Source of the DNA: an uncultured Bacteroidales bacterium | GTDB taxonomy: Bacteria; Bacteroidota; Bacteroidia; Bacteroidales; PWNQ01 | Assembly (NCBI GenBank): GCA_964477095.1 | Contig: CAYZDA010000001.1 | Span: forward strand, 75,570-139,569 | Length of the DNA: 64,000 nucleotides | Direction: 5' to 3' | Shown here: piece by piece, positions 1-11,020 of the stretch | Layout of the letters: each line of letters starts with the position of its first letter | Position numbering within the stretch: the stretch's first letter is position 1 | The notes under the pieces: model-generated | The model's database searches: none | Told to the model about the DNA's origin: nothing | The model's input: only the letters and a program-made list of their open reading frames with translations | Translations under genes and position numbers: made by a program

Positions 1-238
1 GCACTTCGCGATACTGTTCAAGCGGGCAATCCGGAAAGAACAACAATATGGTTTCCTCCTGGTCTGTTCCTGTAAGATAAAACAGGTCGGAATTCTGCCG
101 GTAAGGGTAATACTGATCACCGTTGCGTGGCATCAAATCAGCAGAGTGCATAACTGCCAGGGAGTCACGTTCCATTAGGGAGCTTAATTTTTTTCTATTG
201 TGGCTAAAAAATTCCTTGCTTAGATATTTGTATGGCAT
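1..238 (-). CDS. Xaa-Pro aminopeptidase (aminopeptidase P family), N-terminal part; the gene runs off the window edge
   Basis: Manual minus-strand translation from the ATG at 236-238 gives MPYKYLSKEFFSHNRKKLSSLMERDSLAVMHSADLMPRNGDQYYPYRQNSDLFYLTGTDQEE. The YRQNSDLFYLTG motif is typical of the aminopeptidase P N-terminal domain. It is not in the ORF track because it is truncated. Confidence 0.6.
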   Translation of the reverse strand, partial: MPYKYLSKEFFSHNRKKLSSLMERDSLAVMHSADLMPRNGDQYYPYRQNSDLFYLTGTDQEETILLFFPDCPLEQYREV

Positions 239-389
239 AATCACTTTGTTTTTTTGTCAAAATAAATAAAAAAACCTTTCTGAAGCATAAGATAAAAACA
301 TTTTGCATATGTTGACCGGAATTCATCATGGAAATCAGGTTATCCATTGCGAAATTGCTATTTAGAGCTAATACAAATTTAAAATATCA

Positions 390-420
390 TTGTTTTTTCG
401 CCTGCTGAATCCTATTTTTG
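390..420 (+). promoter_or_regulatory. Bacteroidetes-type promoter candidate for the sdh operon
   Basis: TTG at 390-392 and a TATTTTTG box (TAnnTTTG consensus) at 413-420, 35 nt upstream of the ATG at 455. Confidence 0.45.
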
Positions 421-454
421 TTAGCTAATACCAAAAAGTAAATCAAATAATCAT

Positions 455-1114
455 ATGAATTCACAGCTTCTTTCCTCACTTGGCAGAAAACTTGCCATTG
501 CCCTTGCCGGGCTGTTCCTGATGGTTTTCCTCGTTGTACATCTTTATATCAATTTACTTATGACAAAAGATGATGGTGGCGAGAGTTTCAGGGCTGCAGC
601 CTATTTTATGGGGCATAACCCGCTGGTGCAGGCGTTTGAGATAGTTCTTTTCGGTGGTTTTATCCTGCACATAGCCATCGGGATTATTCTATGGATTCGT
701 AACACGATTGCCCGTGGACGCGGATACAAAGTGCGGAATAAATCTGAAACTTCTTTTTTCTCGAAGTATATGTTCCACACGGGTATGATCGTGCTGGCGT
801 TTTTAGTGTTTCATCTCACCAACTTCTATTTTGTAAAGGAGGGGTGGGCCACACCCCCTGACGGAATGGCCAGGGACGATTTTTACAATATGGCTATAGT
901 ATTGTTCCAGAGGCCACTGTTTTCCATCATTTATCTGGTGTCATTCCTGTTTTTGGGATTTCACCTAAATCACGCCTTTCAGTCAGCTTTTCAAACACTT
1001 GGCTGGCATCATAGTAAATATGCACCTTATGTTCGTGGATTCGGAACATTATATGCTATCGTGATATGTGTAGGATTTGCCTATATACCGGTGTACTTCC
1101 TGTTTATCTATTAA
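455..1114 (+). CDS. sdhC: Succinate dehydrogenase/fumarate reductase cytochrome b subunit (Bacteroidetes single-subunit anchor)
   Basis: 219 aa multi-pass hydrophobic protein with conserved His residues, directly upstream of the flavoprotein and Fe-S subunits. Confidence 0.8.
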   Translation: MNSQLLSSLGRKLAIALAGLFLMVFLVVHLYINLLMTKDDGGESFRAAAYFMGHNPLVQAFEIVLFGGFILHIAIGIILWIRNTIARGRGYKVRNKSETSFFSKYMFHTGMIVLAFLVFHLTNFYFVKEGWATPPDGMARDDFYNMAIVLFQRPLFSIIYLVSFLFLGFHLNHAFQSAFQTLGWHHSKYAPYVRGFGTLYAIVICVGFAYIPVYFLFIY

Positions 1115-1148
1115 TTAATCTGATGTTCATTGTCAAAGCCAAAGCAAT

Positions 1149-3089
1149 ATGACCCAAATAAAAAGTAAAGTTCCTGAAGGAAATATTACAGAAAAATGGA
1201 CCAATTATAAAGGCAATGCCAGGCTGGTAGCTCCAAACAACCGTCCAAAGATGGAAGTAATCGTGGTTGGCACCGGCCTTGCAGGTGCCTCCGCGGCCGC
1301 CAGTCTTGGTGAGCAGGGTTACAAGGTTAAGGTTTTCTGTTATCAGGATTCGCCCCGCCGTGCGCATAGTATCGCAGCTCAGGGAGGTATAAATGCTGCC
1401 AAGAATTACCAGAATGACGGCGACAGCGTGTTTCGCCTTTTTTATGATACCATCAAAGGCGGTGATTACCGTTCAAGAGAATCCAACGTTTACCGGCTGG
1501 CTGAGGTAAGCAATGCTATTATCGACCAGTGTGTAGCCCAGGGAGTACCTTTTGCACGTGAATACGGCGGACTGCTGGACAACCGTTCGTTTGGAGGTGC
1601 GCAGGTATCCCGTACATTTTATGCCCGTGGGCAAACAGGGCAGCAACTGCTGCTGGGCGCTTATGGAGCTCTGGCACGGCAGGTGGCCAAAGGAACTGTG
1701 AAGCTATACTCAAGGCGCGACATGCAGGATGTAGTGATTCATGAAGGAAAAGCCCGCGGCATTATTGTACGCAACCTGGTAACGGGCGAGATGGAACGCT
1801 ATTTTGGGCATGCTGTGGTACTGGCTACCGGTGGATATGGAAACGTGTATTACCTGTCAACAAATGCCATGGGTTCTAATGCATCTCCGGCATGGCAAGC
1901 CTATAAAAAAGGAGCCTGGTTTTCCAATCCTTCTTTTGCACAAATTCACCCTACCTGCATACCTGTTCATGGTGAGTTTCAGAGTAAACTGACACTGATG
2001 AGCGAAAGCCTCCGTAATGACGGCCGCATCTGGGTGCCTAAGAAAAAAGAGGATGCCGAAAAGCTTCAAAAGAATCAAATTAAACCCTTAGATATACTTG
2101 AGGAAGACCGGGATTATTATCTGGAGCGCCGGTATCCGGCATTCGGAAACCTCGTGCCCCGTGATGTGGCTTCGAGAGCTGCCAAAGAGCGTTGTGATGC
2201 TGGCTATGGCGTGAATGAAACCGGAAAAGCAGTATTTCTTGATTTCCGTGATGCCATTAAAGAGAAAGGACGGGATGCTATTGCTGCCAAATACGGTAAC
2301 CTGTTTGATATGTACAAGCTCATCGTGGATGATGATCCTTATGAAACTCCTATGATGATCTACCCGGCAATTCATTACACCATGGGCGGCCTGTGGGTTG
2401 ATTATGAGCTGATGACTAATATTCCCGGGCTGTATGCTATAGGTGAAGTAAACTTTTCCGATCATGGGGCCAACCGCCTTGGAGCTTCTGCCCTGATGCA
2501 GGGGCTGGCCGATGGATACTTCGTGCTGCCCTATACCATTGCTAACTATCTGGCTGATGAGCTGCACACCAAAACCATCCCTACCTCTGATGAGGCTTTT
2601 GAAAAAACTGCCAGAGAGGTGCAGAGCAGGATTGATAAACTCATGAGCATAAAAGGAAAGCATTCAGTGGATCATTTCCACAAAAGGCTTGGAAAAATCA
2701 TGTGGGAACATGTTGGAATGGCACGGAATGCTGAAGGACTCCAAAAAGCAATTGAAGAGATAAAAGCACTGCGCGAGGAATTCTGGAATGATGTAAATGT
2801 GCCTGGTGAACTAAACAGCTTTAACTGGGAAATTCAAAAAGCCAATAACCTGGCAGATTATTTCGAGCTGGCCGAGCTGATGGCACGCGATGCGCTGATG
2901 CGTAATGAATCCTGCGGTGGACATTTTCGCGAAGAATCACAAACCGCAGAGGGTGAGGCTTTAAGAAAAGATGAGGAATATGCCTTTGTTTCCTGCTGGA
3001 AATATAAAGGAGATGGAGAAGAGCCTGAGATGATCAAAGAAGACCTGAATTTTGAAGCAGTTGAGTTAAAACAAAGAAGCTATAAGTAG
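1149..3089 (+). CDS. sdhA: Succinate dehydrogenase/fumarate reductase flavoprotein subunit
   Basis: FAD fold [12 protein letters not shown], covalent-FAD histidine context [15 protein letters not shown], and [10 protein letters not shown]. 646 aa. Confidence 0.95.
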   Translation: MTQIKSKVPEGNITEKWTNYKGNARLVAPNNRPKMEVIVVGTGLAGASAAASLGEQGYKVKVFCYQDSPRRAHSIAAQGGINAAKNYQNDGDSVFRLFYDTIKGGDYRSRESNVYRLAEVSNAIIDQCVAQGVPFAREYGGLLDNRSFGGAQVSRTFYARGQTGQQLLLGAYGALARQVAKGTVKLYSRRDMQDVVIHEGKARGIIVRNLVTGEMERYFGHAVVLATGGYGNVYYLSTNAMGSNASPAWQAYKKGAWFSNPSFAQIHPTCIPVHGEFQSKLTLMSESLRNDGRIWVPKKKEDAEKLQKNQIKPLDILEEDRDYYLERRYPAFGNLVPRDVASRAAKERCDAGYGVNETGKAVFLDFRDAIKEKGRDAIAAKYGNLFDMYKLIVDDDPYETPMMIYPAIHYTMGGLWVDYELMTNIPGLYAIGEVNFSDHGANRLGASALMQGLADGYFVLPYTIANYLADELHTKTIPTSDEAFEKTAREVQSRIDKLMSIKGKHSVDHFHKRLGKIMWEHVGMARNAEGLQKAIEEIKALREEFWNDVNVPGELNSFNWEIQKANNLADYFELAELMARDALMRNESCGGHFREESQTAEGEALRKDEEYAFVSCWKYKGDGEEPEMIKEDLNFEAVELKQRSYK

Positions 3090-3109
3090 GACTTTAAATA
3101 TAATGCCTT

Positions 3110-3862
3110 ATGGATTTCAAACTGATAGTATGGCGGCAAAAAGATAGAAGGGCAAAAGGGAAATTTGTAACCTATAAAGTTACAGATGTTTCGCCCGACA
3201 GTTCATTTTTTGAAATGCTGGATGTCCTGAATCAGGATATCATTAACGATGGCGGCGATCCTGTGGCATTTGACCACGATTGCCGCGAAGGTATCTGCGG
3301 AACTTGCAGCCTTTATATAAACGGGCGTCCTCACGGGCCACTCAAGGCTGTTACCAGTTGTCAGGTGCATATGCGCTATTTTAAAGACGGGCAGACCATT
3401 GTGGTTGAACCCTGGCGCGCAAAGCCTTTCCCCATCGTGAAAGACCTTATTGTTGACCGTTCTTCTTTTGATCGTATCATTGAAGCCGGCGGATTTGTGA
3501 GTGTTAATACTGGTGCCCCACAGGATGCCAATGCGCTGCCTGTGCCTAAAGAAAATGCCGAGGAGTCATTTGATGCCGCAGCATGTATTGGTTGCGGGGC
3601 CTGTGTGGCTGCATGTGGTAATGCCTCTGCTATGCTGTTTGTGGGCGCTAAAATCACCCACCTGGCAAAACTGCCTCAGGGCCGGGTGGAAGCCAAAGAG
3701 CGTGCAAGAAACATGATACGTAAGATGGATGAACTGGGATTTGGCAACTGCTCAAATATGTATGCCTGTGAAGCCGAATGCCCCAAAGAAATATCCAGGT
3801 CGGTGATAGCAACCATGAACAGAGAGTATTATTCCGCTAAACTCACCGAGAAACGAAACTGA
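3110..3862 (+). CDS. sdhB: Succinate dehydrogenase/fumarate reductase iron-sulfur subunit
   Basis: Three cluster motifs: [21 protein letters not shown] and CEAECPKEI. Confidence 0.95.
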   Translation: MDFKLIVWRQKDRRAKGKFVTYKVTDVSPDSSFFEMLDVLNQDIINDGGDPVAFDHDCREGICGTCSLYINGRPHGPLKAVTSCQVHMRYFKDGQTIVVEPWRAKPFPIVKDLIVDRSSFDRIIEAGGFVSVNTGAPQDANALPVPKENAEESFDAAACIGCGACVAACGNASAMLFVGAKITHLAKLPQGRVEAKERARNMIRKMDELGFGNCSNMYACEAECPKEISRSVIATMNREYYSAKLTEKRN

Positions 3863-3867
3863 TTTAT

Positions 3868-4368
3868 ATGAAAAAGGTATGCTGGTTGCTGCTGGCATTT
3901 TTACTGGCAGTCTGGGGCTGTGAGGACGATATAAATCCGGATACACAGCCGGCTAAAGTCTTTATTCAAACTGTGGAAATACCATTTATCCCGTTTCTTG
4001 ATGAAAATGGTAATGACTGGGATAGCCCTCTTGATCCAAAACCGGATGTATATTTTGTATTAACACCTGATTCCTCAGTAAATGCACCTGATTCAATCCA
4101 CTGGATTGATAAATATGGTGCTAACTACAGCGAGGTTACCCAGGGCGACCTTCCTTTGAGATGGCCACTGATTGAGCCTTTTGAAGTTATTGACTGGTAT
4201 CAGCCTTTTTATGTGAAGGTTTTTGATAAGGATCAGATCGGTGAAAGTGATCTGATGGGAATAGCCGGACCTTTCACTATTGATGAAATCATTGATGAAC
4301 AACCAGAATTTACTGCCAAAGTTTCCGGAGAGCTTAAAGTGGAGATCTACTGGATATACGGGGAATAA
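3868..4368 (+). CDS. Hypothetical lipoprotein with a C2-domain-like sequence pattern
   Basis: Lipoprotein signal LLAVWGC. PDVYFVL and YVKVFDKDQIGESDLMG resemble C2-fold strands. It starts 5 nt after the sdhB stop. Confidence 0.55.
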   Translation: MKKVCWLLLAFLLAVWGCEDDINPDTQPAKVFIQTVEIPFIPFLDENGNDWDSPLDPKPDVYFVLTPDSSVNAPDSIHWIDKYGANYSEVTQGDLPLRWPLIEPFEVIDWYQPFYVKVFDKDQIGESDLMGIAGPFTIDEIIDEQPEFTAKVSGELKVEIYWIYGE

Positions 4369-4517
4369 TTCTCCGGCTCACATTATATTCGAATAAAATC
4401 AGCCGGTTATCGGCAGGTTTGATCTTCAGTGTCAAAGCCGGCGGGTAGTAATAATTAGATATTGGATATATGAACCACTGAATTCAATCTCTTTTTCAAT
4501 AGATTGGTCACTAATAT

Positions 4518-4525
4518 TATTTTTG
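4518..4525 (+). promoter_or_regulatory. -7 promoter box candidate (TATTTTTG) for the ABC-F gene
   Basis: Matches TAnnTTTG, 20 nt upstream of the ATG at 4545. Confidence 0.4.
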
Positions 4526-4544
4526 CAGGCTCAACCGGCATATT

Positions 4545-6494
4545 ATGTTTTCAGTAAATAAACTTTCAGTACACTTCACCGGCGAATTTTTGTTTGATGA
4601 AGTCAGCTTTCTTATTAATCCCAAAGACAGGATAGGATTAACAGGAAAGAACGGGGCAGGAAAAACCACGCTTATGAGGATTATTTCCGGTGATTTGGAA
4701 GCCACCAGCGGAGATATTGTTATTCCAAAAAATAAAACCATCGGATACCTTCCACAGGAAAAGCTTATTACCTCCAGTGAGTCAATTTTCGATGAAGCAT
4801 CAAAAGCTTTTGATGAAGTTATCAGAATTGAGCAAGAGATTTCGGGAATTAACGATGAGCTGACCAATCGTTCAGACTATGAAAGTCAGGCTTATCTCCG
4901 GCTGATCAACCGGTTAAACGAAATGGCTGATCGCTACCAGATGACAGGAGGGGAAACCCGTGATGCAGAAACTGAAAAAGTGCTGCTCGGGCTTGGGTTT
5001 AAATCATCTGACTTTCAGCGTCCTTTATCTGAGTTTTCCGGTGGCTGGCAAATGCGTGTGGAACTGGCCAAAATCCTGCTGAAGCGTCCTGACCTGATAT
5101 TGCTGGATGAGCCGACTAACCATCTGGATATAGAATCAATACAATGGCTTGAGGATTTCCTTATCGCATACCCCGGAGCTATATTGCTGGTTTCCCATGA
5201 CCGCCGCTTCCTGGATTCTGTGACAAAGCGCACGATAGAAATATCGCTGGGAAAGATCTATGATTACCCGGTATCCTATTCCGGTTATGTGGAACAACGA
5301 GCCATAAGAAGGGAACAGCAGCTGGCTGCATATGAGAATCAGCAAAAGGCTGTAGCTGAGGTGGAGCGGTTTGTGGAGCGTTTCCGGTATAAAGCCAGCA
5401 AGGCAAAACAGGTACAATCAAGGGTGAAAATGCTGGAAAAGATGGATGAAGTAAAGGTGGATGAAAAGGATGAAGCCTCAGTTCACTTTCGTTTTCCACC
5501 CGCACCGCGCTCCGGTAAAGTGGTAGTCGAAGTTGAAAACCTTGGGAAGTCTTATGGTGCCAATAAAGTTTTTTCTGATGTAAGTTTTGGTATTCAGAAA
5601 GGTGAGTTTATTGCCTTTGTGGGGCGTAATGGAGAGGGAAAAACCACTATGGCAAAGATCATAGCTGAAGATCTTGACCATACGGGTGACTATAAGCCCG
5701 GCCATAACGTAAAGGTGGGATATTTTGCCCAGAATCAGGCTGAAAGGCTTAATCCGGAACTTACGGTCTTTCAGACCCTGGAGGAGGTTGCAGGAGAACA
5801 AACCCATGGAAAGCTCCGGGGAATTCTTGGGTCTTTTCTGTTTAGTGGCGACGATGTGGATAAAAAAGTAAAGGTGCTGTCAGGAGGAGAAAAGACCAGA
5901 CTTTCCCTTGCAAAATTGCTGCTGGAACCAGTTAACCTGCTCGTGCTTGATGAGCCCACTAACCACCTTGACATGACTTCCAAAGACATTTTGAAAAATG
6001 CTTTACTGCGATTTGACGGTACGCTGATTGTGGTTTCCCACGACCGGGATTTCCTGCAGGGACTTACGGATAAGGTCTTCGAGTTCAGGAATGGAGATGT
6101 TTACCAGCACATTGGTGATGTTAATCAGTTTCTGGAAAAACGTAAAATGGAGACATTTCAGCAGCTGGAAATGAAAGAAAGGGTAAAAGAAAGGCAGGAG
6201 AAATCTAAATCAGCAGGAAAAAATCACTACGAAAAGCGTAAAGAACTCGACAGGCAGAAAAGAAAGCTTGAAAAGCTGGTGGTAAAAGCAGAAGAATTGG
6301 TAGACAGGCTTGAAAATGAAGTGGCTGAAATGGATGAAATAATGAAAGATCCTGAAAAGCTACAGCAGCTGGAGGATCAGCAGGATTATTTTCAGAAATA
6401 TCAATACAAACAAACTAAACTTGAGGCTGCCATGGAAGAATGGGAGCAGGCCCAGCTTTCCCTCGAAAAGTTTATTTCTGACTTGTCAGAATAA
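4545..6494 (+). CDS. ABC-F family ATPase (two fused ABC domains, no membrane domain, C-terminal coiled coil)
   Basis: Walker A motifs GKNGAGKTT and GRNGEGKTT, signature motifs LSGGWQMR and LSGGEKTR, and a K/E-rich C-terminal tail. Confidence 0.9.
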   Translation: MFSVNKLSVHFTGEFLFDEVSFLINPKDRIGLTGKNGAGKTTLMRIISGDLEATSGDIVIPKNKTIGYLPQEKLITSSESIFDEASKAFDEVIRIEQEISGINDELTNRSDYESQAYLRLINRLNEMADRYQMTGGETRDAETEKVLLGLGFKSSDFQRPLSEFSGGWQMRVELAKILLKRPDLILLDEPTNHLDIESIQWLEDFLIAYPGAILLVSHDRRFLDSVTKRTIEISLGKIYDYPVSYSGYVEQRAIRREQQLAAYENQQKAVAEVERFVERFRYKASKAKQVQSRVKMLEKMDEVKVDEKDEASVHFRFPPAPRSGKVVVEVENLGKSYGANKVFSDVSFGIQKGEFIAFVGRNGEGKTTMAKIIAEDLDHTGDYKPGHNVKVGYFAQNQAERLNPELTVFQTLEEVAGEQTHGKLRGILGSFLFSGDDVDKKVKVLSGGEKTRLSLAKLLLEPVNLLVLDEPTNHLDMTSKDILKNALLRFDGTLIVVSHDRDFLQGLTDKVFEFRNGDVYQHIGDVNQFLEKRKMETFQQLEMKERVKERQEKSKSAGKNHYEKRKELDRQKRKLEKLVVKAEELVDRLENEVAEMDEIMKDPEKLQQLEDQQDYFQKYQYKQTKLEAAMEEWEQAQLSLEKFISDLSE

Positions 6495-6557
6495 ATAAAA
6501 TAAAACCACAGTTTAAAAAAATTAAAGAAAAACTTGACAAAAGTAATTTTTAGGTTA

Positions 6558-6565
6558 TATATTTG
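6558..6565 (+). promoter_or_regulatory. -7 promoter box candidate (TATATTTG)
   Basis: Matches TAnnTTTG, 27 nt upstream of the ATG at 6592. Confidence 0.4.
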
Positions 6566-6591
6566 CAGCGTAAACCTAAAAATATATAGTC

Positions 6592-6792
6592 ATGGAAAAT
6601 TTCATTGTTGAGCACCCTGTTTTAATTGGAGTGCTTGTAGCATGGGAGATCATCTGGAAGCTTATTGCCATGTGGAATGCTGCCCGCCGCGGAAGTAAGG
6701 TCTGGTTCATAGTGCTGGCACTGGTGAATACTATTGGTATTTTGCCGATTATTTACCTTACCACAATTAAGAAACCAGATCAATCAGTCTGA
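6592..6792 (+). CDS. Small two-helix membrane protein (DUF5652-like)
   Basis: 66 aa with two hydrophobic helices flanking WKLIAMWNAARRGSKVWF. A promoter box lies upstream. Confidence 0.55.
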   Translation: MENFIVEHPVLIGVLVAWEIIWKLIAMWNAARRGSKVWFIVLALVNTIGILPIIYLTTIKKPDQSV

Positions 6793-6832
6793 TCTGATTC
6801 TTAATTAAGTGTATTTTTGATTTTTAATTTAT

Positions 6833-7126
6833 ATGAGTATGAAGATACTTCCCAAACAATGTCCAAGTTGCAGTAGCCTGCTGAAAGTGCAGCGCCTGCA
6901 CTGTGATAGTTGCGGAACCAATATCGAGGGCTTATATGAGCTTCCGCTGCTGGCGAGGCTGGATGATAAATCGCAGGAATTTGTGGTTAGCTTTGTCAAA
7001 CATAGTGGCTCATTGAAAAAAATGGCCAAAGAGCTTAATATGAGTTATCCGACAGTACGAAATATGCTTAACGATATAATCGGGCAGCTGGAAGAAATTG
7101 AAAAAATGAAAGAGAACAATGGGTAG
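6833..7126 (+). CDS. DUF2089-like protein (N-terminal zinc ribbon plus C-terminal helix-turn-helix)
   Basis: CPSC-x13-CDSC zinc ribbon, then LKKMAKELNMSYPTVRNMLNDII, which is HTH-like. Confidence 0.7.
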   Translation: MSMKILPKQCPSCSSLLKVQRLHCDSCGTNIEGLYELPLLARLDDKSQEFVVSFVKHSGSLKKMAKELNMSYPTVRNMLNDIIGQLEEIEKMKENNG

Positions 7127-7730
7127 ATGGCTAATTAATCCTTTCCGGTACATCTCCGGCTGGCCTGCTTTGATAATAGGAGTTGCAGGTCTTTTACTGA
7201 TGGCATTTGTATCGTCATATTCCAAAACTCACCTGGACGGTGTAATTGATGTACATTTTGCAAGCAAAGGTGATTTTTTGCTGTTTCTGAAAGAAAACAC
7301 ACTTACATGGGGAGCGTTAATGCTTACTTATGGAATTAGCGGGCTGATGATATCCGGCAGAAATTTCCGCTTTATTGATCTTGCTGCATATACTGCTCTT
7401 ATGCGCCTGCCGCTGCTCATTGCAGTGTTCTTTCCTTTTTTGTTTAATGTATCTGCGGTGGCTGATTACATTTTATACCACTTTCTAAACATTGGCAACC
7501 CTGTTTCCATTTCCACCGGTGAGGTGATTAGTTTTGTTATTATGACATTGCTTACTATAGTGCTGGTCTTCTGGTCGCTTATCTGGGGCTACTATGCCTT
7601 TAAAACACTGTTTAATGTGAAAGGAATAAAAGCTGCAGCCTTGTTTTTTATGGTCATCCTCATTGCTGAGGCTTTGGTTAAGGCTGCAATATATTTTCTG
7701 TTTGAAGATATGATGCTTATACCTGTTTGA
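7119..7730 (+). CDS. Integral membrane protein (Yip1-like topology), hypothetical
   Basis: 203 aa with about 5 hydrophobic segments. Its start overlaps the DUF2089 stop by 8 nt, which suggests translational coupling. Confidence 0.6.
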   Translation: MGRWLINPFRYISGWPALIIGVAGLLLMAFVSSYSKTHLDGVIDVHFASKGDFLLFLKENTLTWGALMLTYGISGLMISGRNFRFIDLAAYTALMRLPLLIAVFFPFLFNVSAVADYILYHFLNIGNPVSISTGEVISFVIMTLLTIVLVFWSLIWGYYAFKTLFNVKGIKAAALFFMVILIAEALVKAAIYFLFEDMMLIPV

Positions 7731-7742
7731 TAATCAAAAAAA

Positions 7743-9098
7743 ATGTTCAAAATGAAAAGCATAAAATATATAGCAGTTATTTGCATGCTGTTGCTTGTTC
7801 AACAGTCAGCAATAGCCCAGCCTTCCGGAAATTGGGAAGGCCAAATATCCGTAATGGGGCAGAAAGTCGGAATAGAGTTTAATTTTGATAAGGGTGATAA
7901 TGGAATGATGAATGTTCCTGCTCAGGGAGCATACAATCTTGAAATAAACAGGCTTACTTTCGAGGATGGAGATATTCTGATGCTCGTGGATTCCGCGCAA
8001 TCAGACATGGAGTTTAAGGGTAAAATGATTAGCAAAGACTCCATAGGAGGGACTTTTATGCAAAGGGGTTTCACCGGAGAATTTGGCCTCAATTTAGTGA
8101 CTCAGGAAGAGGAAGACCATTCCTGGATTGACCGGGAGGTCCGGTTCGCCAATGATACAGTTGAACTGGCCGGCACATTAAGCCTGCCTGATACCACAAG
8201 CAAACATCCGGCAGTATTTTTTATCAGCGGATCCGGGCAGCAGGACCGCGATGAAAACGTTTTTGGCTTCAAAGTATTTAAAACAATGGCCCCGGCATTC
8301 ATCAACAAGGGTTTTGCAGTGCTTCGCTATGATGATCGTGGCACTGGTGAGTCCGACCATGGAAATCCCAATGCTTGTGATACACGCGATTTTGCCAGGG
8401 ATGCAACTGCAGCCTTCGATTTTCTGAAGAATCACCCTAATGTTGATGCAGCTCAAATCGGAATCCTAGGGCACAGCGAGGGAGGAATTATCGCTCCCAT
8501 GGTGGCCAGTGATCGTGATCCGGCTTTTGTTGTCCTGATGGCAGGTCCCACTATCACGGGTCATGAAGTATTACGCGAGCAAAGCCGCTCAGTTATGGAA
8601 TCCATGGGTACTGACAGTGCTGAAATTGCCAGAACAATAAGACTGAATACCATGGTGTATAAGGAAGCCATGAAGGAAAATCCTGATAAAGAAACGATTT
8701 ACTGGATGCTGTATGATTTCCTGCAGGAGGAGGGGGATATGGACAGTCTTACCCTGGAGAAAACAGTGGAGGAGCAATCAAAAGTTATTATGATGCCCTG
8801 GTTCCGCTTTTTTCTGAAATATGATCCGTTGCCGGCCTTAAAAGACCTGGAAATACCCGCTTTGCTTCTGTTTGGCGGAAAGGATGTGCAGGTTCTGGCT
8901 GATCAGAATATAAAAGCACTGGAAACCTTATCAGAAAAAGAAAGAAAAAATATCACCGTGAAAGTTTTCCCCGAGGCCAATCATCTTTTTCAAAAAGCTA
9001 AAACCGGTGGAGTGCAGGAATATTCAGAGCTTCCCGGAGAATTCACCACTGGTTATCTCGATTATATTACCACCTGGAGCTTAAAAGCTATAGAGTAA
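7743..9098 (+). CDS. Secreted alpha/beta hydrolase (S9/prolyl-oligopeptidase-like serine hydrolase)
   Basis: Signal peptide ending SAIAQ, and nucleophile elbow GHSEGG. Confidence 0.8.
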   Translation: MFKMKSIKYIAVICMLLLVQQSAIAQPSGNWEGQISVMGQKVGIEFNFDKGDNGMMNVPAQGAYNLEINRLTFEDGDILMLVDSAQSDMEFKGKMISKDSIGGTFMQRGFTGEFGLNLVTQEEEDHSWIDREVRFANDTVELAGTLSLPDTTSKHPAVFFISGSGQQDRDENVFGFKVFKTMAPAFINKGFAVLRYDDRGTGESDHGNPNACDTRDFARDATAAFDFLKNHPNVDAAQIGILGHSEGGIIAPMVASDRDPAFVVLMAGPTITGHEVLREQSRSVMESMGTDSAEIARTIRLNTMVYKEAMKENPDKETIYWMLYDFLQEEGDMDSLTLEKTVEEQSKVIMMPWFRFFLKYDPLPALKDLEIPALLLFGGKDVQVLADQNIKALETLSEKERKNITVKVFPEANHLFQKAKTGGVQEYSELPGEFTTGYLDYITTWSLKAIE

Positions 9099-9104
9099 CT
9101 GTAA

Positions 9105-9146
9105 AAACAGGCAGGTGTTGATCAAAGGTCTGCCTGTTTATTTATA
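9105..9146 (+). terminator. Rho-independent terminator after the hydrolase gene
   Basis: AAACAGGCAG (9105-9114) pairs perfectly with CTGCCTGTTT (9130-9139) and is followed by a T-rich tract. Confidence 0.6.
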
Positions 9147-9460
9147 ATTTAATCAGCTTAGATGAAGAGAAGCGTTTCCCGTTTGCATTTATCTTGATAT
9201 ATAGATGCTATTGTTAAGTGGCGGAATGTCGTTTGCAGAAAAGGAAGCATTTTTATATTCGCTTGTATCTATGTTCTGCTCCCTGCTACCATGAAATGCG
9301 GTAGCATTAATTAAACTGCCCTTTACAACACATCATTATTGCATGTTTTCGATCTTTTAAGCGGATGGAGATTCTGGTTTATTCCTGCATTAAGATATTT
9401 TAACACTTTTAGTGATGGTTGTCGCCAACTGTTTACTAGCTTTGCTTTTGGAAGGTATAA

Positions 9461-11008
<1,548 letters not shown>

Positions 11009-11020
11009 AAACCAAATACT

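Noticed and set aside
2088-2663. A 191-aa antisense ORF inside sdhA. Similar long antisense ORFs lie in guaB (9611-10183), yfcC (39795-40211), the OMP gene (44400-44837), elbB (44958-45494), glmS (55249-55806 and 56104-56514) and the S41 peptidase (62995-63558).
   Set aside because: Each lies wholly within a gene whose opposite-strand product carries unambiguous catalytic motifs. Their translations are low-complexity with no recognisable motif, start context or promoter box. They are typical shadow ORFs.
4369-4544. Possible terminator CCGGCT...AGCCGG after the sdh-linked lipoprotein gene.
   Set aside because: It has only a 6-bp stem with a 22-nt loop and no T-run, which is too weak to call.
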